A DNA stretch of 64,000 nt from Candidatus Bathyarchaeota archaeon (GCA_963770935.1 CAVYRJ010000003.1:1-64000), one strand, 5' to 3'; positions 10,607-21,161 are shown, numbered from the stretch's first letter. Notes: a model not told the origin generated them from the sequence alone. Translations and numbers: made by a program.

Positions 10607-13600
10607 TTACCTGCTTGACTCCTTTTCGGGCAATTCTTCGGTGTGTGGGCAACCTTTTATCCCAAAATTTGAGCATCCAAGGAATATCACGCCATCTCTC
10701 CTTCTGGTTCTTTCTACAAGGTGACCTTCTTCGCAGTCAGGACAGGCTTTTTCTTGATAAGCACATTGTCTGTTTGAACACTTGAATGTTAAGCCATGCT
10801 TATACAAGAAGCCGTTTCTGCATTCAGGGCAAGTCCTTGGTCTGTAGTCGCAATAGGAAGCGTTGCTACATTCTCCCCAACCTTTGTAGAAGTCATCGGG
10901 TCGGATGATAGATTTTAGTTTCCAGAGTGTTATTCCTGTTTTGCATTTTGGACAACGAATCGGCCTAGTTCTATGCAGATTATCATTAATTTCAAAACCA
11001 TTTTCCTGTATCTCGGTTACAAACTGTGAGACATTACTCGGGTCATGAACGACTAGGTACACATGTTTTCTTGCCCTTGTCAACGCAACGTAGAAGAGTC
11101 TTCTTTCTTCAGCATGTGGATAATATTCGTGACATGCATGAACCAAGTTAAGTAATTGGTCATCTTCTATCTGGCATGGAAAACCCATCAGTCCGTTCTT
11201 CAAACCGATAATTATGCCATAATCTACCGTGAGGCCTTTGGCTTTATGGACAGTCGAGTAATGTATCGAGAGGTTTGGATAGTTTTTGGCAAGAGTTTCC
11301 AAGTTTGATGGCTTGCCGATGTCTCTATAACGGTTCATTATGAGAACAGTAGTTTTCCTATCTGGTTTTTGCGGTATTTCGCTTAGTATTTTTTCGAGTG
11401 CCGTTTCAGTTCCATCAGATACTATTGTTACTGCGGGTGTGTCCTCTTTCTGCTTGCTTGTTATGTTTTTCTTTATCTGATTTTTGTTAGCAAGGATGAA
11501 TTTCGTTGAAAAGATGCACAGTTTATCAGAGAAGCGGTGTGTTTCTTGTATAAGATTTCTCTCCGAGTATCCAAAGTTTTTTTCGAACTGAGTCATCACT
11601 GAAAGGTCGCCACCAGCATAGCGGTTTATGGATTGCCAATCGTCACCCACGCAGAATAGCTTTGCATTATTATTTTGTTCGAGAAGTGCTTTGAGGAATC
11701 GATATTGACTTTGGGTAGTATCTTGAAATTCGTCAACAAGTATATACTTGAATATGGACGAGTTCTGATTGTGTTTTACTGATGTTGTTGCTTTATTAAT
11801 CATGTCATTAAAGTCTATCAAGTTGTTTTTGAGTAGCCGTTCTTCGTAATCTTGAAAGAGTATGGAAAATATTTCCAAGAAAGCACTTGTTCTCTTGGAA
11901 TCACTTTGTTGTCTTAGAAGATCAACCTCTTTTCCAGTAGATTTGTAAAGGTTGAGAAACTTTGCAAGGAAAGCTGCGAATGAATTGACTCTTCCCCATT
12001 CGTTGAGTTTTTTGAATATGTCTTCATTGGAAATCCTGTGAAAAACAACGCCATGTTTGACAAGTTCACTTTCTAGTTTTTCTATCAAGTGACCTTCCTG
12101 TTTGTCATAGCTATAGGTTCTGATTAGCTTGTTCGGGGTGTGTTGCTTAATCTTCCAATCCATGTCAGCGAGGTATTGTTCTCGATTAACCCAGGGCGCT
12201 GTGTTATTCTGTCTATCGATTCCGAAGTGTTCTATGCAGATTCCGTAGTCTGTCAGAGTAAAGTCAGGCCTGTAAGGCATTCTCTCATTGCTTTGTTGCT
12301 GGGTTTTGAAAGGCTTCTCGTATTCGTAATTTACTCCATTAATGTAGAGAAAGTTGGCGATTTCGCATTCTTCTAAGCTTCTGACTGGGTGACCTTGCAG
12401 AGTTCTGATCTCATTGTTCTTGAGGTATTAGAAATAGTCACCTTGCTCTTTGAACTCAAAGATGTTCTTGTACTCTTGAAAGTTGAATAGGAAGTAGTTA
12501 GTAATGAGTTGCGAGAACCTGTTTTCCCTCATTCTTGAATTTATCAAGTCTAATAGTGTTCTTGAGTTTGCGACTTTATCTTCGGCTGTCTTGGAGAGAG
12601 ATGGCATGTTTTCTGCTGATTCGCGTATGAGTCTTAATCCTAAGCTATGATAGGTATTGACCCCAAACTTGCTTTTCCTGTTTTGATTGACTTTGTCATC
12701 GTTTTCTTTGGCAACATCTTTTCCGAAGGAAACAATCGACACCTCTTGAGATTGCGCCAACCCCTTTGCGACCAAGTACTGCGCTTTCCCTAAGAGTGTG
12801 GTTGTTTTTCCAGTCCCAGCACCAGCCACTACAAGAGTATTGGCTTCATCGACCACTATCGCCCTTCTTTGTTCCTCTGTCAGTGTTTGACCTTCAACTG
12901 ATGGAAAGAGTTCATCCTTTCGTATTTCTGCTTCAACAAAGCGATGGTTCCGTTCTGCTATCAGGGTCTCGCCATGTTCAAAAACGTGTCTAAGTTGATT
13001 AATGGCATCTTGAAATTCTAACCCCGTGATTCCTTTGTTTAGTGCAGTGTTGATTGGCTCTTCAAGTAACGAATTGGTATTATACCAATGGTGGAAATCG
13101 CTTTTGGAATAGTACAGGGGCCTCTGGAATAACTCATCATAGTTGTGTTTTGCTTTCAAGATAACGTCTTTGAGTTCAATCAATCTGCTTCTGAGTTGCG
13201 CTTTCTCTAAGTTTGAGTTGAAGCTTTGAATGAACTGTTTCCCTTTGTCTAGTTGGCCTACAATCCCAGCATCGTTTAGTGATTGCTGGTTTGGGAAGGA
13301 AAGAAGATAGTTTATGTCTGAGACAATGGAATCGATTGCTGCAGACCATTTAGCCTCTTCATCATTTGAGAGAAATTGATTGGTCTTCTCGATTGCGTGA
13401 AGCTGGTCTTTGAGGTACAGTGAGTACGCATTGGAGATAGGGTAAGTGTTCTTGAGTAACGTGTTTTTCTTTGTTTCGTTCTCAATTATTTGATTTTCAA
13501 TGTCCTTGAATAACAAGAAGCCGATTCCAATGCACTTTAAAATGCTTCTGAGTCTTTTCTTACTCTTCAAATGAGAGTAGTTAAGACTGCACTTTCTTAG

Positions 13601-13615
13601 GTCTTCTACAAGCAA
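10607..13615 (-). pseudogene. UvrD/HelD (helicase IV-like) SF1 helicase with inserted PD-(D/E)XK-like nuclease domain and C-terminal Zn ribbons; in-frame TAA at 12428-12430
   Basis: LTEEQRRA, AGAGTGKTT, TYHSL, ILVDEFQD, VGDDWQSI, STVHKAKGL, EERRLFYVALTRA; the two ORFs are in frame, joined by YLKNNEIRTLQGHPVRSLEECEIANFLYINGVNYEYE; RPDF...IEHFG. Confidence 0.85.
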
Positions 13616-13736
13616 GTGAAGCTGATTCTCTTGAAAGGATGAATACTCTCTGACATTGGTCGAAACGAGTTATTCCTCTATCGTTGCCTCAGTCTATTAG
13701 GTGATTGAATATTAAAGACTAAATTCCTGCAAATGG

Positions 13737-13988
13737 TTAGTTATCTGGCTTCTTGGGTCTCTTTCGCATGAGAGTAGTATTGCCTAGCATTCTATTAGCA
13801 CCATCTTTCATACGCTTGTTGTATTCTGCCCTTGCCGTCATTTCCTCAGAGTCGGTAAGTTCCTTTCGACCGCAGTGTAAGCACTCAAGAATGTACTTTG
13901 TATATTCTGTTGACCTCTCTACGATTCGTCCTTCCTCATCACAGCTGGGGCAAATAACTATTGTTCTCTTCTTGTATGGCTCAAACAT
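13737..13988 (-). CDS. Small Zn-ribbon protein
   Basis: CPSC...CLHC. Confidence 0.5.
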   Translation of the reverse strand: MFEPYKKRTIVICPSCDEEGRIVERSTEYTKYILECLHCGRKELTDSEEMTARAEYNKRMKDGANRMLGNTTLMRKRPKKPDN

Positions 13989-14169
13989 TTTGATTTCTCA
14001 AACTCGCTAACTATTCTCTGAGTTTGAATAGAATATAACAACAATGAAGTGCAAATTCACTTTTGAAATTAGTCGATTCTATTTTACTGTCTTCGTTAAG
14101 AGTTTAGCCGTAAAAAGTACAAGACCTTTGTTTCTTTTTGAGTCAAGTATTATCGCTTTAGTGCTAATA

Positions 14170-15045
14170 TCATAACGTCTGTTTGTTCACTAATTTAGGT
14201 GTTAGGTCAACAAAAGGATTGGGAAAGCGCCTGTTATACTCATCGTAGTCTTTTTGCCTCAAATACTTCAAAGCGAAGCCAAGCGTAAAATCGTAAACTA
14301 TGTTGAAAAGCGGAATAGCTTTTTTGCGGTCAGTTTCCATTTTAAACATTGACCGTAAGGCTGGATGGGTTACATCAATCAACATTGGTGTCCTTTGCCC
14401 TGACGTTACTTCTTTGATTGCGGTTTCAAGATCAGCGCGGATAGTTCCTTCTTTGAAAGCTATTGGATGGACTTGCCCAACTAATCCGTTGACGACCTTT
14501 TTTTCATCAAAGTGTGTATAAGTGTTTCTCAAATCTCTTAATTTATCTAATATGCGGATGTCGGTTGTATCTATAAGGTTGCAACCGTCTCCAGCGCGTT
14601 CAATTTTTTGTTTTCTTCCTTTTCCAGATCGTTTGATACCCATTAATCGGTCAACGCATTTTCCGTATGCCTCTGTAAAGTCTTTGCCAGTCTTGAGTCT
14701 AATCCTTTCTTTCATTAAAGCCTCTAAGAACACACCCATAATGACTATTGAAGCGTTGTACCTGCCGATAAGTAACGTGTGATAGCAGTCCTTGAACAGT
14801 TCCTTTAGTCCTGGTTCTAATATTACGTGGTCTGGGAATTCTGGACGCAATATAGCAAATAGAAAGCTGGAGTTTTCCTTCCAAGTTTCTTGGTAGCCAA
14901 CTAATGGAGAAATTGTCTCTAATGGAAAAGCGGAATTGCATTTGGAACACTGTAGGACATCATTCTTAACTTGAAGATGAAATGTTTTTCCGTTGCCGTA
15001 GCAAATTGGACAGATTGAATATCGATCCATTGTACCTACGCACAC
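14170..15045 (-). CDS. Zn-ribbon plus HEPN-domain (DUF4145-like) protein
   Basis: CPIC/CSKC; GRYNASIVIMGVFLEALMK helix; RNTYTH Rx4H motif. Confidence 0.7.
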   Translation of the reverse strand: MCVGTMDRYSICPICYGNGKTFHLQVKNDVLQCSKCNSAFPLETISPLVGYQETWKENSSFLFAILRPEFPDHVILEPGLKELFKDCYHTLLIGRYNASIVIMGVFLEALMKERIRLKTGKDFTEAYGKCVDRLMGIKRSGKGRKQKIERAGDGCNLIDTTDIRILDKLRDLRNTYTHFDEKKVVNGLVGQVHPIAFKEGTIRADLETAIKEVTSGQRTPMLIDVTHPALRSMFKMETDRKKAIPLFNIVYDFTLGFALKYLRQKDYDEYNRRFPNPFVDLTPKLVNKQTL

Positions 15046-15130
15046 TAGTTATCCCGATTTGTTCATTAATTTTTCTTCTCGAACTATGATTAGGACTGCA
15101 ACTGACAGCTCCTTGCGTTTAGGTGATACC

Positions 15131-15421
15131 CTATATGGAGGTAAGGTCAACGATTTTTGCTATTAGAGGTTTTAACGCCCTCAATGGAGTTGGGATTGCA
15201 CTGGTTAGTAGCTCTGCAATAATACCAGAAACAAGGCTTGTAACCAAGCTTGAGGTAAGCCAAATTAGGTATCCTTGAATGACGCCATTTGAATTCAACA
15301 GTTGAAGCAATGATAACAGGAAAACGAAATCAGATAGCCAGTGAACTAATGATAGAACCTCCGCTATGTTATCAATAACCGAACCTAAAGCTGAGGCTAC
15401 CTCATTTAATATGCCTGCCAT
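15131..15421 (-). CDS. Small hydrophobic membrane protein (~96 aa; ATG 15421 preferred to the 204-aa ORF)
   Basis: MAGILNEVASALG... with two hydrophobic stretches; upstream extension looks non-coding. Confidence 0.45.
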   Translation of the reverse strand: MAGILNEVASALGSVIDNIAEVLSLVHWLSDFVFLLSLLQLLNSNGVIQGYLIWLTSSLVTSLVSGIIAELLTSAIPTPLRALKPLIAKIVDLTSI

Positions 15422-15959
15422 AGTTGCGTTAAATGGCAGCTGCGGTAAAAAGTTATTGTTTAGGCGATAAGACTGCAGGTAAGAGTTTGACAACGGTATT
15501 ACTATGGCAGGCAAAGTCTTGACAATCGTTAGTAAATTTGTTGTTACTGATTCTGCAACAACCGTTATATTGCGTTTCAGGCTAACCATAGCTTGCGTGG
15601 GCCGCAACCTACGAGTATAAACGCTCCTTTGGCATTGCGTGAGGAAGGAACGGTACCCTGAGCTTCGGCAAGACGGGAGGCGTATTTCACCCCAAGACCC
15701 GCATCTAAGACCAGATAAGGTAACGTTAGAACTCGCTTGCCTCACCCATGCACTTCCTTATCAGAAAAGGTGGAGTAATGAGACTCAGTGGATTAATTAC
15801 TTTTAGCGCAAGGAAGAAAATTTGGAGTAATCTTATCAATCACAAACATAACCTCAAAGTTACGCCCTCGGCATGACGATCAGGGCAAGTAACTATTGTT
15901 CTTTTCTTGACAATCTTATATGTAACAGCCAAATGTTATCAATCAGGGGAAAAATACGA

Positions 15960-16835
15960 TTGACACTTCCGTCTTATCGAATAGATTTTGAAATAGATGC
16001 ATATTTCTCGGTAAAACAAGACATAGATGTCGCTTTGGAAACCACCCAAAAAATCGTAATCAAAGCTACCAATAGCATAACAAACGAAGGGTCTCTATTC
16101 CTTGAAACAAACACACTTAATGTCTCTACCGTAGAGACTGAGGCGAGACAAATTATCGTTAACTTTATTGACTATTTCATGGTCTTGTTGAACACCGAAA
16201 ACATAGCACCTGTGAGAATTGGCAGACCCGAACTACTAAACCCTGAAATATTTGCCAGCAAGACTAAAACGAAACATATTGATCTGCTGTCGTCAGTCGC
16301 TATAACCGCGCCTATTGATACTCAAAAGATCAATATGGCAGCTAAACTAATGATTAAGCAACGAAGTTTGCCGACAAAAGATAATGAGACAATCAATAGG
16401 TCTCTCTACTGGTTACTAAAAGCAGCACAAAGTCAAGGAGAAGAGAAATTTATTTACAGATGGATATCCCTTGAAGCACTGTCGGGACTTTTTAATGCTG
16501 GTTCACCCCAAGCGATACTTAATGCTGTCGTATCTTCAAAACTCAAAATTCACTCAGCAACGAAAATAGCCAGTGACCACAAGAACACAATCGACATTCT
16601 AAGCAAAGCAAAGCTATGCGATTGGAAAGGGTTGAAGGACTTTAGTAAAGAACTCAGCGAAGCTATCGCTAAGGGGCAAGACTCAAAAGCCATTGTGACA
16701 AAATCACTATTGTGCGTTTATTGTGTGAGAAATAGTCTTTTCCACAAAGGAGACATGTTGACGCTACTGGCAGGGTCAAATGCCTTTTTACGTGACTTGG
16801 TAAACTCTTTGATAGTCGATACTCTTAATCCTTAA
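15960..16835 (+). CDS. HEPN-domain protein (ApeA/MauJ-like); start uncertain (track ORF begins 15873)
   Basis: RSLYW...EKFIYRWISLEAL and YCVRNSLFHKG (Rx4H). Confidence 0.72.
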   Translation: MTLPSYRIDFEIDAYFSVKQDIDVALETTQKIVIKATNSITNEGSLFLETNTLNVSTVETEARQIIVNFIDYFMVLLNTENIAPVRIGRPELLNPEIFASKTKTKHIDLLSSVAITAPIDTQKINMAAKLMIKQRSLPTKDNETINRSLYWLLKAAQSQGEEKFIYRWISLEALSGLFNAGSPQAILNAVVSSKLKIHSATKIASDHKNTIDILSKAKLCDWKGLKDFSKELSEAIAKGQDSKAIVTKSLLCVYCVRNSLFHKGDMLTLLAGSNAFLRDLVNSLIVDTLNP

Positions 16836-16878
16836 AATATACATCTGCTCGCTAAAAAGTACATATTCGCTCGGGGGA

Positions 16879-16957
16879 TGGCGGGCCCGCTGGGATTTGA
16901 ACCCAGGATTCTCGGCTCCGGAGGCCGATGCCTTAATCCGTGCTAGACTACGAGCCC
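16879..16957 (-). tRNA. tRNA-Arg(CCG), intronless, CCA encoded
   Basis: Reverse complement GGGCTCG TAGTCTAGCACGGATTAAGGC A TCGGC CTCCGGA GCCGA GAATC CTGGG TTCAAAT CCCAG CGGGCCC G CCA folds as a cloverleaf with anticodon CCG. Confidence 0.97.
16937..16957 (+). repeat. att core copy 1 (tRNA nt 1-21)
   Basis: TCCGTGCTAGACTACGAGCCC, identical to 35433-35453. Confidence 0.93.
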
Positions 16958-17048
16958 TTTTCCATGCTTTCTAGATGGACTACCTTCATTTTTGGTTACT
17001 GTCTAATATGGGTTTTCTGGACTAATTTGATGGATTTCGTTCAACTGA

Positions 17049-18370
17049 TCAGTAAACGTTCTTTTCTTTGCGTAAGTAATGCCTGCCTGTCGTCCGGTTA
17101 TAGTTAAATTCTTGGTAGCCTTCAGCGCCATAGCGACTTATTTTCTCGCTGTAGTCGGGGTCTGTTTCAGATATTTCGATGGGTTCCCATTCTTTATCGC
17201 TACCATAGATTCGTTCTGACAACGGAGCGTAAACTTTGACGTATTTGTCAGAGTTTTCGCCCAGCAAGATAGCGACCGCGTCCGAGTTGCCTTTTAGGTA
17301 TCGCTCAAGGACTGCCCGCCAATGTCGGTTGCTGTAGAAGGTGATCTTGTTAAGTTCTGATATGCCTAAGCGTTTTGATGCTCTGGTTCTGGCTCGTCTA
17401 AAACTCTGTCCTGCTACGTCGGGGTCTTTATAGGTGAATAGCAAATTTAGGTTTCTCTGGTTTCTGTTTTGACATGTTGCAATATTATGTTGTCGAGTTT
17501 TCCATTCTGCCAGCATATCCATAACTTTTACCAACCGACCTTTCAGGTGGATAGTTCTTGTTCGTCCGTGTTTAGCTGGCTTGTTTATGGCGATTGTTTT
17601 TCTTGCAAAGTCGATGTCTTCCCACTCAATTCTTAATGCCTCAATGGGTCTAGCAGCGGTTGCCATCAGTACAAAGCAGAAGACCTGCATTTGAAAGCTA
17701 AATGATGCATAGAGCATTTCCATGTGCTGAGTCTGCGGAATATTGTATTCGGGGGTCCTGTATTCAAAGTGAGGTATTTTGATGTCTTCCATATGTAAGT
17801 ATTTTTTTACAAAGTTGGTGTAGGCTTTGCAGATGTTATTTTTGTTACCGTTAGATTTTATGCTTAGTTCCGGGTGAAAAGCTAGTTTCTGTTTGAAGTC
17901 TTCAGGGTCAAAGAGGTTAACGCCGATTTCAGTTGCAAGCCATTTGAGTCGGATAACGTATTGGGCTAGAGTTAAGTTGTTGATAGGTGTTCTTTCTGGA
18001 TAAAGTGCTTGTAGTCTGCGATCACTAAGTCTATACCGTTTTCTTTTAGTTTTTCTCTCTGCGAAACGCTGAGTTGAGTTTCAGCGGTTTCGGTCAAATT
18101 TTTCGCTTCCTCTGCGCATATTTGGCGTTTACTAGATAAGCTGGTGCCGCTTTTTAATTCCTTCGTTTCAACGGAAAGTTCCTGTTGCAACAACTTTCTA
18201 GCCGCTTCAACCTCTGCAGGGTCACTAAAGCGAAAGTCGCATTGGCGGCAAAGCCAACGCTGAATCGGCTTCCCAAACATCGGGGTCCAGTGGCCGTCAC
18301 GCCAGACATTTTTAGAGGTGCATTTTGGGCAGGTGGGGATTTGGGAGCCGGTGCCAGCGGCAACCCGCAT
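17049..18370 (-). CDS. Tyrosine recombinase/integrase with N-terminal Zn ribbon; frameshift near 17975 (real or error)
   Basis: CPKC...QRWLCRQC; open shifted frame TLAQYVIRLKWLATEIGVNLFDPE...KAYTNF links the two ORFs; TAARPIEA (R), PAKHG (K), YSNRHW (R), LLGENS...VKVY (Y). Confidence 0.85.
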
Positions 18371-18456
18371 AGGGCTAACGCCTTCTTCACTGGAGCGAAT
18401 AATGCCAAATACGCACTCAGAAGCACAACCAGCATTTCCCTCCCCACCCGCTATAA

Positions 18457-18594
18457 CTAAGGAGAACCCTCCTTCTCTTTTTGTTGGGTTTCGGGCGCTT
18501 CATACACCGCCACATAAACGCCCAACTCCGCCACAAACGCCAACGCCCTAACCGTCGGATTCACCCTAACTTGCTCACGGCGGCAAGCCTCCAT
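18457..18594 (-). CDS. Possible 45-aa small protein upstream of the integrase
   Basis: Manual translation [45 protein letters not shown] in a GC-rich patch. Confidence 0.25.
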   Translation of the reverse strand: MEACRREQVRVNPTVRALAFVAELGVYVAVYEAPETQQKEKEGSP

Positions 18595-19109
18595 ACGGTG
18601 ATTGATTCGCTTGTTTCAGGCGACTTTAACTGGTTAAACAGTAAAGTGCCGTTGGCAAATTTGCTTATCTCCCATAGTTCAATGGGTAAATCCCTGAAGT
18701 TGATGGCTTGCTTTTGATATTTGGTGAATTGTGGGGAGACAAAGATGACTTTTGATTGTGACCAGTCAACATCATCCCGCTTAAGGCTCGCACCCTTGCT
18801 TTCGTTGTATTCCAGGATAAACTCTGCTTTGTTGTTTAGTAGCAAACCAAGGTAGGCGTAGCCTTGGTCGATTACGCTGAAGCTTTGGTCTATCTTGTAT
18901 TCGATAATAACGAATGATTTGTTTTCATTGTCGAAGGCTAATGTGTCTATTCTTAAGCTACCGAGTTGAAGCTCTGACTTGACAAATTCATAGTCGAAAA
19001 CTTCTTTGAGGCTTGATTCAGTGGTATGCTGAATATCTTTGCGCTCATTCTTGAAGGGAACCTCTTTGATTTTTTCAAGCCTATCGCTCTTTACCGAAAA
19101 TAGCGGCAT
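18561..19109 (-). pseudogene. NucS/DUF91-like PD-(D/E)XK nuclease, probably C-terminally truncated
   Basis: RIDTLAFD...FVIIEYK...VIDQGYAY; family-like sequence stops at [11 protein letters not shown] where base composition changes (~18595). Confidence 0.7.
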
Positions 19110-19330
19110 ATTAGTTAAATGAGGTCTATTTCTTTAAAAAACTTGGCACTTGCGTGCATCCAGATGGTTGCCAATACATATGAATGAGTTGTTGGACGTT
19201 TAGAACTGATTAAGAAAAGGATTTGCTTCCAGGTTCCGGTTTGTTTCACTTTTTCTAAGCGCTTCTTTAGCAAAGTTTTATCCGTTGTTACGGTCAACAA
19301 TTCTACTATCACATTCATGGAGGCGAATTT

Positions 19331-19492
19331 ATGGCAAAATGTCCAAAGTGCGGAAAGGAAGTCGCTCCTAAAAAAACTTGGAAGATGGCTGGCAGGCCTG
19401 ACAAAGCAGGAAAAAGAATGGAATTAACAATCGGTCTGAGCGAGTGCTGCGGGCAAACCTTTAGGACAGTAATCAGCAAGCAGAAAATCTGA
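19331..19492 (+). CDS. Cren7-like small chromatin protein, Cys/Zn variant (53 aa; not in ORF track)
   Basis: MAKCPKCGKEVAPKKTWKMAGRPDKAGKRMELTIGLSECCGQTFRTVISKQKI; PxKxW, IGL and G..FR pattern of Cren7; GGAGGCGA SD; T-rich terminator. Confidence 0.75.
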   Translation: MAKCPKCGKEVAPKKTWKMAGRPDKAGKRMELTIGLSECCGQTFRTVISKQKI

Positions 19493-19690
19493 TTTGCTGA
19501 AAAAATCATAAAACATTCTTTTGTTTTCTTTGGATTTAATTTTTTATCAAATATTAGTTGTGCATCTGTCAGTAGGAATTTATAAAGGAAGCAAAAAACC
19601 ATTGTTTTTTGGTTCCAAAACTTTCATTATCCTGACCTTGCAAGCATAGGCTTAAAGGCAAATTAGGGTAAGTTAACTTGGTGATAGAAT

Positions 19691-19885
19691 ATGTCTTCAG
19701 AGCCAGAGGAAATCCAATATGTTCAAGCTATGTATGCTTTTGAAGAATTTGTAAAGATACTTGTTGTAGAATACCCGTTGGTATTCAAGGATGGATCAGG
19801 AGTCATAGAGATTAATCGTTCAACTAAGAAACAATTCTTCCCCTATGAAGCCTCTATAAATATACGAAAAATAATTGAAAAATAA
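19691..19885 (+). CDS. Small hypothetical protein
   Basis: GGTGA SD, CTTAAA TATA-like box upstream, stop overlaps next start (TAATG). Confidence 0.55.
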   Translation: MSSEPEEIQYVQAMYAFEEFVKILVVEYPLVFKDGSGVIEINRSTKKQFFPYEASINIRKIIEK

Positions 19886-20496
19886 TGGGTAAATTATCTA
19901 AGAATCAGCAAAAAAGAGAATTAGTAGCTGTCGATGTTAAGCAGGCAAAGCAATCAACGTTGGAGGATCTATCTTTTCAGTTTAACATTGATAGAACCAA
20001 AGAGGCAATCAAGCCTTCAAAAGCAATAATTATTAACCGCATCGCTGATACAACCAAAGAAGACGAATTAGCACTTAAAGTTGAATTTAGCTTGCTGCCT
20101 TCAAAAGTGTCATTTTCAAAAATAAATCTCGATTTGTATTTTCAAGAGAACCTGCTCAAATCAATACCCCTTCATATCACTCCAAGTGGCTTGCTGGGCG
20201 ATAATTTGGAGTATCCCTTAGCCTTAGATATGAAAGGAATTGCAGAGGGCAACTATCTAATCAGAGTTGAAATGTTTGAGCCATGGTCTTCTGGTGAAAA
20301 ATTAAACTTCACTTCTAAAGAAATTGCTGTTCAATACGTACCGCAAACTAGAGCTGATAGACTGGTGAAACTACCAACTGTGAAGAGTGTTCCAGGAACC
20401 GATTTAACAGTTGTTTCATCGACCGCTAAAAACATTTATCGAGAAATAGAACAAGACCAAAAACAAGAAGCAATAAGCAAAAGAGATGAATGGTAG
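19885..20496 (+). CDS. Hypothetical protein, probable beta-sandwich domain
   Basis: 203-aa ORF coupled to upstream gene; GNYLIRVEM Ig-like strand pattern. Confidence 0.65.
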   Translation: MGKLSKNQQKRELVAVDVKQAKQSTLEDLSFQFNIDRTKEAIKPSKAIIINRIADTTKEDELALKVEFSLLPSKVSFSKINLDLYFQENLLKSIPLHITPSGLLGDNLEYPLALDMKGIAEGNYLIRVEMFEPWSSGEKLNFTSKEIAVQYVPQTRADRLVKLPTVKSVPGTDLTVVSSTAKNIYREIEQDQKQEAISKRDEW

Positions 20497-20744
20497 TACC
20501 TCAAGACGAGCGCAGGGAAGGAACTTATCAATCATTTCGTATCCAAAACCATTAAGTGCCATTCTTTAGATGGGAAGTGGTGTAGTTCCAATCTCATAAT
20601 TACTTCTTGTAATATCTGTTGTAGTATTGCAACAATCACATGGTCTTTAATAGAATTAAACTCATAGAGGTAGTAACGGGATCAGGATTTTTATGAATTT
20701 TATTAATAAAGTTAAGTGGGATCTGTCTTCATTTGTGATGGCTC

Positions 20745-20815
20745 TTTTTGTTGGGGTTGAAAGAAGGGAAAGAGATAGGCGACTTAAAGAAAGGCTCCTA
20801 CGTTTACAGTGAAAA
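20745..20815 (+). repeat. 71-bp dispersed repeat, copy 1
   Basis: 62/71 ungapped identity (manual count) to 28335-28405. Confidence 0.9.
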
Positions 20816-20957
20816 AAATTGATTCCAAGAACTTTCTGGGAGCGAAGTAGGCAAAATCATAAGAAAGAAACCTAAAAAACTATTGACTTGTCTGTTTGAA
20901 AAAAGGAACAAATTTACAAGGGAGAATTTGTAATTTTTATCATAAGGAGATAGTGAG

Positions 20958-21089
20958 ATGAGTAAGAAAGGAGAGACAGGAGAGCGTGATCGGGGGAAAC
21001 CTCAGCCTCGAAAAAAGAAGGACAGGGATGATGCCCGCAAGAAGAAAAAACTCGACAGAGCTGGAAGACAGCAGTCAAGACCGGCTTAG
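20958..21089 (+). CDS. 43-aa highly basic small protein (not in ORF track)
   Basis: MSKKGETGERDRGKPQPRKKKDRDDARKKKKLDRAGRQQSRPA; AAGGAG SD. Confidence 0.55.
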   Translation: MSKKGETGERDRGKPQPRKKKDRDDARKKKKLDRAGRQQSRPA

Positions 21090-21161
21090 ATAAATTGTTC
21101 TATTGCCAACAGTCAGAGTTAATCTTTGACAAAAAGCGAAAAAAATAGCTATGACTAAACG

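Larger units (their letters stand above)
9216..16878. mobile_element. Accessory/defence-like island flanking the 3' end of tRNA-Arg (boundaries approximate)
   Basis: HEPN x2, helicase-nuclease, Zn fingers and nonsense-interrupted genes next to a tRNA; no att duplication found. Confidence 0.5.

Noticed and set aside
15625-15660. HDV-like ribozyme (minus-strand TTCCTCAC resembles L3)
   Set aside because: The flanking P3 and P1 pairings could not be built.
19115-19602. Track ORFs 19115-19318 and 19315-19602 (minus)
   Set aside because: The second is the antisense shadow of the Cren7-like gene; the first has no supporting motif.
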